Source: Eutreptiella sp. 'Long Island Sound 2002'
Lineage: Eukaryota > Protista > Euglenida
Assembly (NCBI GenBank): GCA_964036045.1
Contig: OZ038378.1
Location: forward strand, 74,090,001-74,154,000
DNA length: 64,000 nucleotides
Direction: 5' to 3'
Positions 1-13,680 of the stretch are shown one piece after another; the stretch's first letter is position 1; each line of letters opens with the position of its first letter. Both the position numbers and the translations under genes were made by a program. Under the pieces are notes generated by a model. It saw nothing but the letters and a program-made list of their open reading frames with translations, searched no databases and was not told the DNA's origin.

Positions 1-639
1 TGATCTAGAGGAAGCAAATAATGACCCTACAACAAGCCATACCACCACCAAAGAAGGTTGTGCGAATGAGAGTGAGGATGAAGTTGACAAATTTAATACT
101 GGTGAAGTCGCGGACACTGACACCCTGGCAGCAAAGCGAGACGTGGAAACTCTCGATACGCATGATGCTCTTGCATCGGCCCCATGTGAGGCACTTATTG
201 AATCATGGAATAGCCCGGCACTGGACGCCGATGACGACCACGATGGTGTAATTCGAGAATGTGTTGCCAAGGGGCCTCAAAGGTGCCCCAAACAAGCTGC
301 CGATAGACATCATGCTCGATTGAGATCTGCAGGCATAGCATGGGTAGTGTCGATTGAAGAAGATTGATCCGGACCACGTCAATGACCTCACGCTTGCCAT
401 GTGTAATGGACAAGACCTTGGACAGTTGTATGTTCCCTAAAGGACCGTGGAAGTATGTCTTGCACCTGGTGTTTGTGTCACACATTTCACCTACATTAGT
501 CATGATAAATTTGTGTCACACATCCAATGAAAATTATTGTCACTGCCTCTTCTTCTAGGTAGACGGTACTGGGTATTGGGAGGCCCGCATCCTTCGACTA
601 GTTGTCTACGAATTCGTAAACCCCTCATCAATGAGCAAC

Positions 640-1099
640 CCCTAGAAACCCACGTTAAAGTCAATATGGTTTGACCTTGGAAAATATTTATACGTTAGAC
701 CGAAGTTTGCCAATTTTCGGGATGGTTTTTGCGGTGTTTGGGGCAAAAACTCACCCCCACAGGGTGCGTTGCTCGTCAACCTACCATTTTGCGTCGGGGG
801 GGGGGGGGGCTTTTGTCCGTTAATATATACAAAAATCTTAGACCGGTGCTGGGTCATTAATATTTGCCTTTCATATTTGCATTAGTTTTTCAAAAATGAA
901 ATATTAAGGGGTCACCAGCATTAATATTAAACGAAGAGATGTTACGGGGATTCCCCCTAAAATTCAATCCTCCCTATACATGCACAAAAACGCGCTTCAC
1001 CTACCCATGGGCTCTCAGGGCGCATGTCCATGCCCATGCAGGCCACCTTAGTAAGTTATATACCCATTTCCCCTCTCCCCTTCTATGTGCGCAAACACA

Positions 1100-1100
<1 letters not shown>
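640..1100 (+). repeat. Left end of a TIR-element family (homologous to 46740-47210)
   Basis: 640-672 ccctagaaacccacgttaaagtcaatatggttt matches the terminus at 46740-46772. The following ~450 bp is colinear with 46770-47210 (shared ggtcattaatatt.gcctttcat, aaaatgaaatatta, gcattaatattaaa, cccatggg..ctca, gtaagttata). Confidence 0.8.
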
Positions 1101-1645
<545 letters not shown>

Positions 1646-2717
1646 ATCAATGCCACCTCTCACAGATACCGCGCCCACGCTGGAGGAACTTCGGTGGCAA
1701 TTGACACAAGCAGTCACCACCGCTGAGCGCACATGGGTTTTGGAGGCCATGGCCCGGCACCACCATATAGCACCGCCGCGCAAACGGCCCAGAGAACCAC
1801 CGCCGCCACCGGCACACGCTGCGGCCTCACCGGCGCGCGAGTCTTGTGAAATCCATGCCGGACCTGTTTTGGAACAGGCCAAGCGGGTTTTGCTACACGC
1901 CCAAATGCAAGCCGCACGGCTATGCCTGGAAGAGGTGGCACATGCACTCGCCCGGCGTGCCATCACACAAAAGACCCTCTTCTCGGCACACCACCACGAG
2001 CACTTGTGCCGGCAAGCATATTTCCTGTACAAGGAACACACGCCTCGGTGGTACGTAGAAGCGCAACAGGCGGTCTACCATTTGTCCGGGATGGCGCATT
2101 CCCGCCGACTACGCTTCCGCTAGTGGCGTACGGCTGTCCTCCCCGAGGCGCAGTCCACGGTATCGTACCCAAGCTCGCCACGGCATCCTCGTGTTGGGAG
2201 CAGGCACATGTTTCGTTGTTCACCAGCATCCAAGCGGAAGAAGCATCCGAATGGCGGCATATGTCCCAAGTGCACGCAGTAACTCTTACCGCCTTACGGC
2301 ATACGACTTTGTCGGACCCCCGATGGGACATCCAAGGGGCCACCGCACCGCGCATGAAGCGCTTGCGGGACGAGTACCCACCCGAGACACACAAGAAACG
2401 GAGGACAGCGACGCTGGAGGTTCCTAGTGATCTCACACATATGGAAATCCCGCTGGAGGGCATGGGCGACGTCATTGTCTTCACTGGATTCCAGCACCCC
2501 GAGAGGTCCGGGAGGACGCGCATACCCGTGCAAACGGGGCAACAGGGGTGGGGCAAGGCGTAGGACTCGTTCCTCCCGCCACCCCGCTGCAGCCGTCTTG
2601 GTGAGGGTAGGTCATACCGAATCCATGCCCCAAGTTGGCCCTGTCCCTGACCCATGACCTGCTATGTGTACACTCAATGCACACTTGGTGGAACTTAGGT
2701 CACGAGTTAAAAAAAAA
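1646..2717 (+). mobile_element. Probable 5'-truncated 3' fragment of a different non-LTR retroelement
   Basis: Coding-like C/A-rich segment ending in A9 (2709-2717). It interrupts the GT-rich repeat and is flanked by imperfect direct repeats ggctgttgtggttgggg / ggcgatgatggttgggg. No diagnostic catalytic motif seen. Confidence 0.4.
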
Positions 2718-2835
2718 GGCGATGATGGTTGGGGTTGTCGTGTGTGGGGCTATCTGGTGTGGGGGTGTGGTTTCTAGAGCTTTGGTGTGTGAGATTATAG
2801 TTTTTGGCGCTACGATGTGTGGGGGTGTGCTCTGC

Positions 2836-3031
2836 GGTTTGCCTCCCGGCAACCGGGTCAGTCATGGGTATCAAACATGCCCTCCATCACCTCACGCCAC
2901 ACCTACCCCCACCACATCACCAGCTACGGTTCCACCAAGGGCAGCCGCTCGGAGACAACGACGCGACCCCGACCTCGACCACACACGGACCCATCCCCAT
3001 GACGTTGCGACTGGTGGGGCTGAAGGGAGGA
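2836..3031 (+). CDS. Ubiquitin-like domain ending in Gly-Gly (copy A)
   Basis: SVMGIKHALHHLTPHLPPPHHQLRFHQGQPLGDND...PMTLRLVGLKGG in ORF 2804..3631 aligns by eye to ubiquitin TIENVKAKI...IPPDQQRLIFAGKQLED...LHLVLRLRGG. Confidence 0.75.
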
Positions 3032-4399
3032 GGCAGCAGGTCACGCAGGGATACCGATGCTGACAGCACCAGCGACCGTGACAGTGACAGCCACAGCCGC
3101 CGGCAAAAGTCTCGGAAGCGCGGCTCCAAGGGCGAACTCACCCAGGCCCTGCGGGCAATGAGGTCCCTTGCGGACTTTGCAGCGGGAATGCGCCGATCCA
3201 TTCAGCAACCACCACAAACTGTGACACCCGAAGCCTCGGCACCACAAAGCATCAGCACAGACAGACACGGAGGCCAGAACCGCGATCCGGCTGAGTCGCA
3301 GCAGGGCGTACGTGAGCCACCGCAAACGCGTACGCGTTATTGCGTGAACATGGACACGCGCCAAGGTGAACGGCAGTTCCTCCTGCACGACCCCGGATAC
3401 CACCCCCAGCCCCGACCCCCCCCTCCAACCCCTATTGCAGAACCTCTGCGGTTTTACCGCAACCCCCAAAGCCCGGAAGTACCTTGCGCAGTCCCGGCCC
3501 TTAAACACGGCCACAGGGACATGACCCGACAGCCCCCCCCACTGCAGGCGGCACCACACATGGAGCCGATGGCGGCACAGCCGGCGCCTTACCACAGTGA
3601 AGCACCCCCCCCCACACCACAGACACAGTAAGGACCACAGACGCTGTACCCAGCAGTGGTAAACAGGCATGGTGGGCACGTAGTTCCAGGGGACAGGCCA
3701 GCGACATGGGCACATTTCAAGGAACAAAACGCCGCCGCCCTGGAAGTCCTCCGCACCGAGACCCGCGCGGACCCGGCCGGGGGCTACTTGTCGACGTGGC
3801 TCTCGTTGGAGAGGGCCCAACCACTGTCGGAGTACCCGCAAGACCCCCGTCACCAACAACCGTACTAGGGTAACTACGCGGCCTACGAAACGGAACCAGA
3901 AATGGGACACCCACAACAGCACCAACAGTTGTACTACGCACCAGACACATCGGCCTTCCATCCCCCCGCACACCCACCCGGCCCCGCCCAGTCCCATGGG
4001 GAAAGGGCGCAACAACACCAAGTGCACGCGGAACAGGCACCGGAGGACAAACTTGAGTTCTCCCGTTCACCGGAGGCTGGGACGTTGTGGCCGCACAACA
4101 AGGGCAGCAAGCACGACCAGGACAGCAGCGATGGAGGAGGCGCCGACCCAAGACCCACAAAGGGGAACCAGGGACGGTCGTCCCCAACATCCCCAGCATC
4201 GCACACAGACCAGCGCGACTCCGCGTCCCCTGACGTGCTCAGGGGGGTATGCGCATGCATGCGCATGAACGGGACAACTGTGCATGAAGGGGAACTTGCG
4301 ACCCTCACCAACCCTTGCCCCACGTGCTTCTCCACAGTGAGCAGCCGATACTGGCGTGAGGCCGGAGCGGACGACCGCGTTGACGATCCACGCCGCATG

Positions 4400-5150
4400 G
4401 ACGACCCGACGGCCGCGAGGGTTAAGAGTGGCCGACCGTAAGGACACGCCCACCGTGGCCTGCCCCAGACCACAATCATGCGCACGAGTGGCACGGGCAG
4501 CACAGGCCTAGACAGACTGGCACAGTGTCTGTGACGCATCATATGCATATGGCCCCGTAACGCGGCCATGCTGTGTGACAAGGACGACTCACATGGACGA
4601 CCCAACGGCCGGGTCACGAACGGCCGGTCGTATGGGCGCGCCCACCGCGGCTTGCACCAGACTGTAGCCACGCCTACGAACGACACAGGCAACACAGGCC
4701 CAGACAGACAGGCACAGCGTCCGGGACACATCATATACATATGGTGCCGAACTGCAGCCATGCGGTGAAGGAAGGACGGCATGCATGGATGACCCGACAG
4801 CCGCGGGGTCACGAACAACCGGTCGCATGGACACGCCCACCGTGGCTTGTACCAGACCGCAGCCACTCCTCCAAATGACATAGGCAGCACACGTCTAGAC
4901 AGACAGACACATCATATAAATATGGCTCCAAACTGCGGAGGCCATGCTGGGAGGCATGGACGGCAAGCACCGACGGCCCGACAGCCGCGGGGCTACAAGC
5001 TGCCGGTCATATGGACATGCCTACCGCGGCCTGCCCCAGACCACAGCCATGCCTACAAGTAACACAGGCAGCGCAGGCCCATATACACAGGCACAACTCC
5101 TCGGACGCACCATATACATATGGCCCCAAGCTGCGCAGGCCATGCTGTGA
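4400..5150 (+). repeat. Four ~190-bp degenerate tandem repeats inside copy A
   Basis: Units start gacgacccgacggcc (~4400), gacgacccaacggcc (~4596), gatgacccgacagcc (~4789) and gacggcccgacagcc (~4971). Each contains (c/t)accg(t/c)ggc(c/t)tg and cat(c)ata(t)...atatgg. Confidence 0.9.
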
Positions 5151-6725
5151 CGCACGAACGGAACACGCCACCACGCCTGCGACTGTGACCAACGAACATG
5201 CAGCTTGTGCACCATCTCTGCCCGTGTGGCGTTCTCAGAAACAGGCAGCCCCCCCCCCCCCGGGACAGCACGTCCCCCCTACGGGAGGGGAACTGCTCTG
5301 GAATCACCCACCACCCCGGCGACGGACACCCTACCCCTCCAACAAACAGCCGATCCACCCTTCCCAAACCAGGGTAACATGTGACCACACCACCGATGGG
5401 GATATCAAAAAAACCCGGGCCCCATTGACACACAGGCTGCAGAGGACGAAATCCCCCCCCACCACAAGGAGATGGTCACGCGACTGGCGAGCGAAATCGA
5501 AACGGCCTGCAACCCCCACTACCCCGTTAAACTATACAAATACGCGACCCAGGCACTCACAAAGGCACTCAACAGCAAGCGACGGGCACCCCCCCCCCCT
5601 AGACCACAACACGCACACACCACGCACGGAATCGGTGTCTACACATGGCACCTCAGAAGTACCATCACCAGAGGAAACCTCACCTCGCGGGATACATCTC
5701 CCAGGCACGCCACGCCCACCCACCCCAGACACATCCGAGCTTACCGTGCAAACACAAAACCACCACTCACGGATAGGACTGAACATGACCCCTGCCATCG
5801 ACGCGGAATGCCCCCGGTGCCACATGGCCGACTTCGTGTACTTCCGCTGCACTACGTCCAAGTACATCGCCATACACCAACCGGAAACCCCGGACATGGT
5901 ACCACGGTGCTTGTACAGCGTAATGTCCCCAAACACCCTGTACCCAAGACAAGGATCCTGGCAAGGAGCCGTGCCTGCAACCACTACACACACCTGCAGG
6001 GCGCCACACCCGCAGATGACGAGCCCACAGCCGACAACGATAGGCACCTCGAACGGGTGGATACACGACGTCACCAGCGATGGGGATGTTGAACCAAATC
6101 CCGGCCCCACCCCATTAGGCCCCTCGGCAAAACGCACACGTTACAACCAAGACACCCCACCCACGTACCGTACACCCAGGATGCTACGCAAACGTACCAC
6201 GGACAACCCGCCGCCTGCAACGTAAACACGGTATACCAAGAACACCGACCAGCAACACAGGTGGGCAACCACCACAAACGAAAAGCGGAAGGCGCACCTG
6301 CCCACCAACCTGCAGCAAAACGACACATGAGCACGACCCACTGGGACTGGGAGCAACACACCCCCGGAACTCAGGAAAACGTACGCCCGAAACGGCCCTA
6401 TGAGGACATCACGGAACATGTCGCGGCCGGTCCACCGCACAAAAAAATCCGCAAAACATAACGTCTACGTACCCGGCCCTACCCCAGACCAACGTGCTGG
6501 GTCCACGACCCGACGCACGATGGAGACACGGCTCCCAACCCGGGACCAACCTCGCCCGCACGAGTAGACCAAGCAACGCAAACCACAGCACTAGGCGACA
6601 CGGGGATAGAGGCTCACGACGCTTCTTCGCCGCCCCTGCGGGGGACACCACTCCCCCAACAGCCCGGCGACAACACTGCCACAAAAACGGGGAACGTCGA
6701 TGCAAGTGAGCAATTCGAAGAGGAC

Positions 6726-6836
6726 TGCCCCATATGCCTGGACCGCCCCGCAAACACAAGCCTAAGTTGTGACCCCGGGCACAGGCTGTGCCAGACCTGC
6801 GCCAACGACCGGAGACTACCGAGATCCCCAGTGTGC
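6726..6836 (+). pseudogene. C3HC4 RING finger (copy A; 7th ligand Cys replaced by Ser)
   Basis: Manual translation: CPICLDRPANTSLSCDPGHRLCQTCANDRRLPRSPVC. Confidence 0.8.
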
Positions 6837-7337
6837 CGCAGCATGCTGGAACCGAGGGTACCCCCCCCACCCCTGGGTGACCCAACATATGCGTACTTTT
6901 ACATACAAATATACAACAACCGGCTACTCACGTACAACTATAGTTTGCCCCCCGATCCGCCAATGCCGCTGGCATACAACATATGTAGCCAAATAACCAG
7001 CACAACAGGCCAACTGTGGGAGGTACACCCGAGGAATGATCTCCCCTACTGCCATATCGCAAGACACAGACTGCATAGCCTCACACACACAAGAGATGGT
7101 TTCCAGATGGCCATATCCATACGGTATGGGCTGTTTTTGGCCCACCCCTTACAGCATGACCTACTCCTAGAGTACGACATCACCGACTTGGTACCACCGG
7201 TCACGGACGTAGACCACCCACGGCATACACACCACAGTATAAACCCACACGCTACCCCAGACGTCACCTATCCACAGCACACCCAATGCGTCCTAGATGC
7301 CACACAGGACGGTGATGTGGAACCGAACCCAGGCCCA

Positions 7338-9960
7338 GACAACAACACCCCACCCCACGGCATGGTACACACCCGGGCGGAAAACTATGAAAGGAATACA
7401 TCCGGACTACATACCGACCATCGCGACCCAAAGGACGTAGAGGAAAGCCCCTTGGGCGTCGAGACCAACCCACACACCCCATTAGAGGACAACACGACAC
7501 GGGAACCCCCCTAGAACGGGGAATCTAACACACACCCCGACCACCACGCAGACGGATTTAGCTACTCCCCCCCACCCCCCCACGAGGACACATAGGCATA
7601 CACGTTCCACGAAGACGGCAATAACCCCCTAGATAACTCACCCATACACACACCAACGGAATACCACTTGATAGAGGAACTAGTAAAACTCAATACGGGA
7701 ACGCCACAGCAACCAATGACAACAATAGAACAGGAAACACTAAAAGCCTCATCGTATATGACGCACAGACCAAACTGAAAGCGTACTTAACAAAACACCC
7801 CGACCGTGCGGTGACCACAGAACACACTCGGCGGCAGACGCAAGAAGGGGTATGGTATGACAAGAAAACCTACCAACTCCCCCTGTTTACGCAACACACG
7901 CTGCGCAACGTCATGAGGGTCATACATGAGGCAGACTCTGACGGTATACACACCGTATCATAGATGGCCGAGGCACAACGGTTCACAGTCTACACAGAAG
8001 CCGACCATCAAGGGAACCCAGACATCCGGAACAAGACATACCTACTCCTACCAGACGCAACCGGGACCCGCCGCAACCATGACCGACCGATGCAACGTGC
8101 AGCCATACAAACGGAATGGGGCGGAAGTGAGGACGAACGAGTCCACCAAATCCTGCCTGCTCTCAGCGACCGAGGGGCCAAGGAACAGATTCTGGCATAC
8201 GAAGCTGACCGACAGGATTCCACAGCACTGCAGACCTACCGCATGGATTGCCTCCATCGTGCTCCACTATGGAAGCTAGCCCGCTACGTCAGAGGAGTAT
8301 ACCAATTCGACGAATTCCCCGCACGCAAGTGGTCCCCGGAACGAAACACCTTAGTCTACCACCTGCAGCCCACACCCATCATGGTCCTTCACCCGGACAA
8401 CACCAACAAGATGGGACACGAGCCCGCACACCAAACTTACACACTCACGAAGGGCACACCCATACAGGTGGGACTGGAGGACCGCAAAGATACACTACAA
8501 CCAGACTCGCCCAAGACTACGGTAGTGGTTGAGTGCCCACCAGAATTGGGCATTAGGACACGAGACGCATTTAGGAAACACATAAACGGACACCAGTCTG
8601 ACGTCGCCTCCACCATAGCAAGCAAGGACCCACACAACACCTTCTGGTGGAAGTGTGCCTCAGAACACACGGCGGGACAAAGTGGGTCGCACGCCTGGAG
8701 ACTACACCTGCCCATGCAACTACTGCCCAGACTGACGCAGGCACTGTAAACAATAAAAAAGGAAGAGGAAAACGGCGGAAACCCCGGACCCTAGTGGCTC
8801 ACTGAAACCGACTACGAAAGCCTATACATCCTGAGACAACAATGCACTGAACATAAAGAAGACAAAATCACATCGGTACAGGAAATCTTAGGCGACATAG
8901 ACAGGGAGTAGCTGGAGCTAGGAAGGAGCATCGCATCATTCCTCAAGGGCTTCCGATCAGTAGACTCCTACCGCCTCCTAATACAGTTTCAGCCAGACGC
9001 AGACCGACGCTTGATTGCCCAACTATTGAAGGGCATGAAAAGCTATGAACTGTTCCACGTAATGACCAACGTCATACTCAACCGCAACAACTGGACACAG
9101 TCTACAAGCCGCTCCAGGAACATCAAGCGGCCGCCCAAACCAACCAGAAGTGACGCCACGACGGTGTTCGTAGGGTGGACACAGCGCGCAGGAGACGACA
9201 CGGCGAAAGTCGTGGCATCCTTCTTTGGATGTTGGAGTAGTTGGAAGCCCGAACCCAACATGTGGAGCGAAGCAGGGTACACCTACGCCTCACTCCAATA
9301 CCAACATGCCACAGCAGTGGCCCTTAGCGCCGGACAGTACATCGGAGTGGCACCCGGTGAATACGTACACATAACACTATGAGACGACAAAACGGACACA
9401 CATGTTACCGAACGCATCGACCAGATGCTCTCGCACAAATTGCCGCACGAGATGGGCGACAACGTAGCATTCCGGAGAGGCATGAAGGCAGGGAAACAAT
9501 TGGGCGCGGACATGATGACAGAACGAGTCATCAGGGAAATCAACAGGGAAAAACAGCTCCTCGCGGAACCCGAACCCATCAACGTGGCGGGCTGGGACGA
9601 GGCCATCATGACAGAACTCGGTCATACTAACGACGACGTGCCACCAACGGACCTCCACCGGCACGTGACCACCATGGACACGGACGGACCCCACGACCAA
9701 CAATCCAACAACACAGACAAACCCGCACCCACACACCCACGACCGCCAAACCAGGCACAGAAAACGAAAGCCCACAACGAAACGCCGCAAAAAACACCCA
9801 CAAAGACGACACCGCCACCCAAAAAAAAAGAAGGCAACACGAACATCCCCACAAACCAACCAGCAAACGGATGGAACGGCTGCCTTCACCGCCAACACCA
9901 AATACAAAGGGAAAAGTAAGGGGCCGCCAAAAAACCCACAGGGCGAAGGAAAGAAGGGAG
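7338..9960 (+). pseudogene. ORF1-like core of copy A with RRM-like domain (~9161-9330) and basic C-terminal tail
   Basis: ORFs 7964..8749, 9011..9382 and 9425..9919 are pieces of one frame conserved in B and C. TVFVGWTQ...VVASFFG...AGYTYASLQY resembles RNP2/RNP1. Confidence 0.65.
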
Positions 9961-10479
9961 GTGCCTTTTCCTCATGCCCTTCATCGCCATAATGGCCCTC
10001 CACCTACTCATGGTGCCCACCACACATACAGAGGGACCAGTGCTCCTGCTCCCTATGATACAGAGAGCACGCAGGAGGGACACCCCACCCCTACGACACC
10101 GGCACGGCAATAAGCGGGACCCAACCCCTCGCAGCTACCGTATGTGGCGGCCCTGCTTGTTACTACTCTATATCGCCTGCTTCTTCCACACCCCGACCGC
10201 CCCTAACACAAGGGTGCCAAGCCGCTACTACCGCACACCGGTATCCACCACTACGGTAACCAGCCCCCACAACACACGATACGACAACAATTGGGTCCTC
10301 CAATGCGGGGACGTTCACCCCAACCCCGGACACCAAAGGATATACCAGCTCCGGCGCGATTGCCGCAACGTGCCGGGACCCCCCGTCCCGCTTCTTGACA
10401 TAGAGGAATACTAACAGCACCTGGTGGTCAACACAAACCGACGGTAAGACACTCGAGATGACACGACCAACGCAGAGGA

Positions 10480-11160
10480 CCAGGACAGGAAACTGGCCGG
10501 CTCGAACATACAAGGCGCACAGGGCTCTGTCACCCTACAGCGCTGGGCCAGTGTCCTCCACCTAATGAGCCAGTGTCGTATCGACTTTTGCGGCATTCAA
10601 GAATAGAACCCGTGCTTCCCTATGCCGGAGGCAGCCACAACAGCATTCAACATTAACTATAAGTGCTAGGCTGCGAACGAGCCACGAGTAGCATTCATCG
10701 TCCGCAACACTGTGGTCTCCCACGTCCTCGAAACGTTATACTCACCTAACGGATCAGCGGGGGCCAGCAGGCTGCAGCTCCCCAATAGCCCCCGCCGGAC
10801 CATAGCGTGCGTGTACTGCAAATTCAGCCGCCAGGACAAACAAGAGGTAGACCTCTTCCTGTAGTCCCTCCAACCATATGACATTATTATGGGGGATTAC
10901 AATGATTACATCTCGTCGTCAAACCCGACACAGCCGTGGCAGGAAGACCTAGCCAACAGCGTGTTCCTCGACCCATTACACGCCAGTAGCTAGCCGCCCG
11001 ACCCCCGGCAATACTACACCCGCATACCAAGGCATGGACGACCACGTCGCCAGGACGCCATATTGGTTAGGCAACAAATACCCAACATACCCTGGACCTA
11101 TTATGACACAACACAAATGCCCATACCAGATCATAGTCTGGTCCCCCTTGGCATCCGCTG
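10480..11160 (+). pseudogene. Apurinic-like endonuclease (EEP) domain, copy A
   Basis: KLAxxNIQG...GIQE, MGDYND, R.DAILVRQ and PDHSLV motifs, interrupted by stops. Confidence 0.85.
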
Positions 11161-11833
11161 GAGGATAGGGGCACCCGACCCACTCCGCAGAAAACCGCAG
11201 CCCACGGTCTCGAAGTTTTGCACCACACACTTCCAACGCTTTGCCAACTCCATATCCACCCTACCCGTAAAGGACACCGACCCACCCCCACACACAGCAC
11301 GGCACATCCTGTCGGCAATCGCACACACGGCACGACCACGGCACTATACACGCACTAGGACGCCAACCACGGCAATCTGCTCGGAAACCTCGGATCCCAG
11401 GGCACGGTTACGCGAATACGGGGAAGCACAGGAGCACCACATACGGAAACAAATCGGCAAACTCCGCCGGGCAGCAGTGCACAGATCCGGATACCTCTAT
11501 AAAATGGTCAAGAGGTGGCGCACCGGACTCATAGCACAAGACACGCCGCGGCCTTCCATAGGAGGAACACAACACATCCTGAACCACTTTGCGGGCGACC
11601 CAACATACGACGATGACACGTGCCAACGACTGATACGAAAACATGTACGCCACCACACATGGAACACCACGACCCCAACATACGAGGAGAACCTGAGGTG
11701 CCTGCTGGCACCAAAGAACAAATCAGCCGGACCCGATGGTGTACCTCCGCACCTGCTCCGGCACCTACCTAACCACATACAGCAACAACTGTACCAGGCA
11801 ATCATCGCAGTCTGAAACGGACAAAACATCCCA

Positions 11834-12973
11834 GTGGCCTGGCTGCAGTCAAGGGTAGTGCTCATTTACAAAAAGAAAGACCCCCAGGACCCACGAAACT
11901 ACAGGCCGATCTACGTTTCCAGAGCCATATATAGCATACTCACACGTCTCCTCCTGACGCGCATATCTAGAGCCATGACCCCGGGACTACTAGACATGCA
12001 ACACGGTGCCATACAGGGCCAAAACACCACGACCCTAGCCACAAGACTACTCAACGACTTACACACACAAGACGGGTACGTGGCCCTCCTCGACGTAGCC
12101 AAAGCTTTCCCCTCGGTCCCTCAACTAATGCTAACTGGGATCGTCAAGGAGGCAGGGGCACCAGAAAACATCATACGGATGCTTGGAGAGATATACCAGC
12201 ACACACCGGCCGTATTGACCGTCCACAGACGGGACCTCCCCATACGTCCCACGAGGGCCATGAATGAGGGGTGCCCCCTCTCCCCAACATTATTTCTCTT
12301 ATACTACGACATAATACTTAGGGAAACCAAAGAGCGTTGCCCGGGAGCCCACCTATACATGTTCGTCGATGACATCGCGGTGCGCGCACCCACGAAGAAA
12401 TCGCTACTTCACACCCTAGACACACTCCACGAAGTGGCATACACAATGGGGCTACGCTTCAATAAGGCCAAAACCGAAGTATACCACTGTGCTAAGGACT
12501 ATAGCCTAGAACCTATCACATGGCAGCACCAATTGATCCCCGTGCGGCCACCTATATTGAGGTACCTGGGTCACGTTCTAGCCCATCCCACACAAGAAGA
12601 CATAGTGTGGGACATGGTGACCGCACAATTGCACCACGTTATAGCGGCTTACAGGACCCTACCGCTTAACACCTACGAAAAGGTTGCCATCATAAACGCC
12701 GTCCTCATCCCTCGATGGACCTACAGGGGGCTATTCTTCGGGAACAGAGCACGGATAGCTCTATGGGACGACATACTCCTACAGTACAACAGGCACACAC
12801 CCGGGATAGAACAACAAATGAACAAGCACCGACTGACTACCAACCTCAGCCACGGGGGACTAGGTCTACGTCAGTTATGGTGGTCCTACATCACCCGGTG
12901 GGTTACACTTGGGCAGCAAGAGGTGCAAAACAAGGGCCCCACACAACATCTCACCGCCACCGAGTATAAATAG
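11834..12973 (+). pseudogene. Non-LTR reverse transcriptase, copy A (largest intact block)
   Basis: VVLIYKKKDPQDPRNYRPI, LLDVAKAFPSV, EGCPLSPTLF, LYMFVDD, GLRFNKAKT, YLGH, HGGLGL. Confidence 0.95.
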
Positions 12974-13254
12974 GTTGATGTTGTCCGAGCCCTAGGGGGC
13001 ACGGTGGGTCAGCGCATATCCCAACCCAGGCAACACCAGCCCCTCTCGGCGGGCCTATACGACTCAGAGAGCTCGGAGGAGGACCAGGAGACACACGCCG
13101 GGAAAACGCGGCCGGCTACCAGCCGTCTGGACTATGGCTGGATAAACCCACCGGACGAGCCAGCCACAGAGGAAACCCACGAGGTCTACTAGACACTACC
13201 GCACCAACAGAAGATCCATGGGATCACTGTACACTACACGGGAGAACCCACCAC

Positions 13255-13680
13255 CACGAGGTGGTATACTGATGGGTCGAGACGACACGGACGAGCGGGA
13301 GGGGGCATATACAACGGAAACTACTGCGCAGCATTTCGGGTGCACGGCCCCCAGCAAGTGTATCGGGCCGAGACAATCGCATGCGCGTTGGCTTCTGAAC
13401 TGGCCAGACCAGGGGACGACATCATACTTGACAACCAAAGTGTGGTTAACGCCACACCTCTAAAACGAAAAGGGGTAGTCAAAGACTAGGACTACCGCGA
13501 CATAGGCTACCACAACACCTCTTCGAAGCAATTGACGATACGCTGGACTCCAGGGCACTGTGACGATACGCTGGACTCCAGGGCACTGTACCGTTGCGCA
13601 AGCCACCACGTATAACGACTACCGGGACATTCAGGGGAACAACCACTCCGATGTCCTAGCCAATATCGGCGACAACCTGC
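13255..13680 (+). pseudogene. RNase H domain, copy A
   Basis: WYTDGSRRHGRAGGGIY, YRAETIA, IILDNQ, IRWTPGH, GNNHSDVLA. Frameshifted by a 28-bp duplication. Confidence 0.85.

Larger units (their letters stand above)
5395..10333 (+). other. Five 2A/StopGo-like motifs in copy A
   Basis: 5395-5423 DGDI-KK-(1-nt deletion)-NPGP; 6079-6108 DGDVEPNPGP; 6519-6548 DGDTAPNPGP; 7308-7337 DGDVEPNPGP; 10304-10333 CGDVHPNPGH. Confidence 0.85.

Noticed and set aside
21-560. Short ORFs at the window start
   Set aside because: No recognisable motif or homology elsewhere in the window.
4400-5150. CRISPR-like array
   Set aside because: Units are ~190-bp degenerate tandem repeats with no constant repeat/unique spacer structure, and there are no cas genes.
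8761-8793. EEENGGNPGP / EEENAGNPGP as a sixth 2A site
   Set aside because: It has NPGP but no D(V/I)E at the required spacing, and copy B reads NRGP.
11834-12973. Bacterial RT system (retron, DGR, group II intron)
   Set aside because: APE and RNase H context, poly-A tails, TSD and 5' truncation identify non-LTR retrotransposons.
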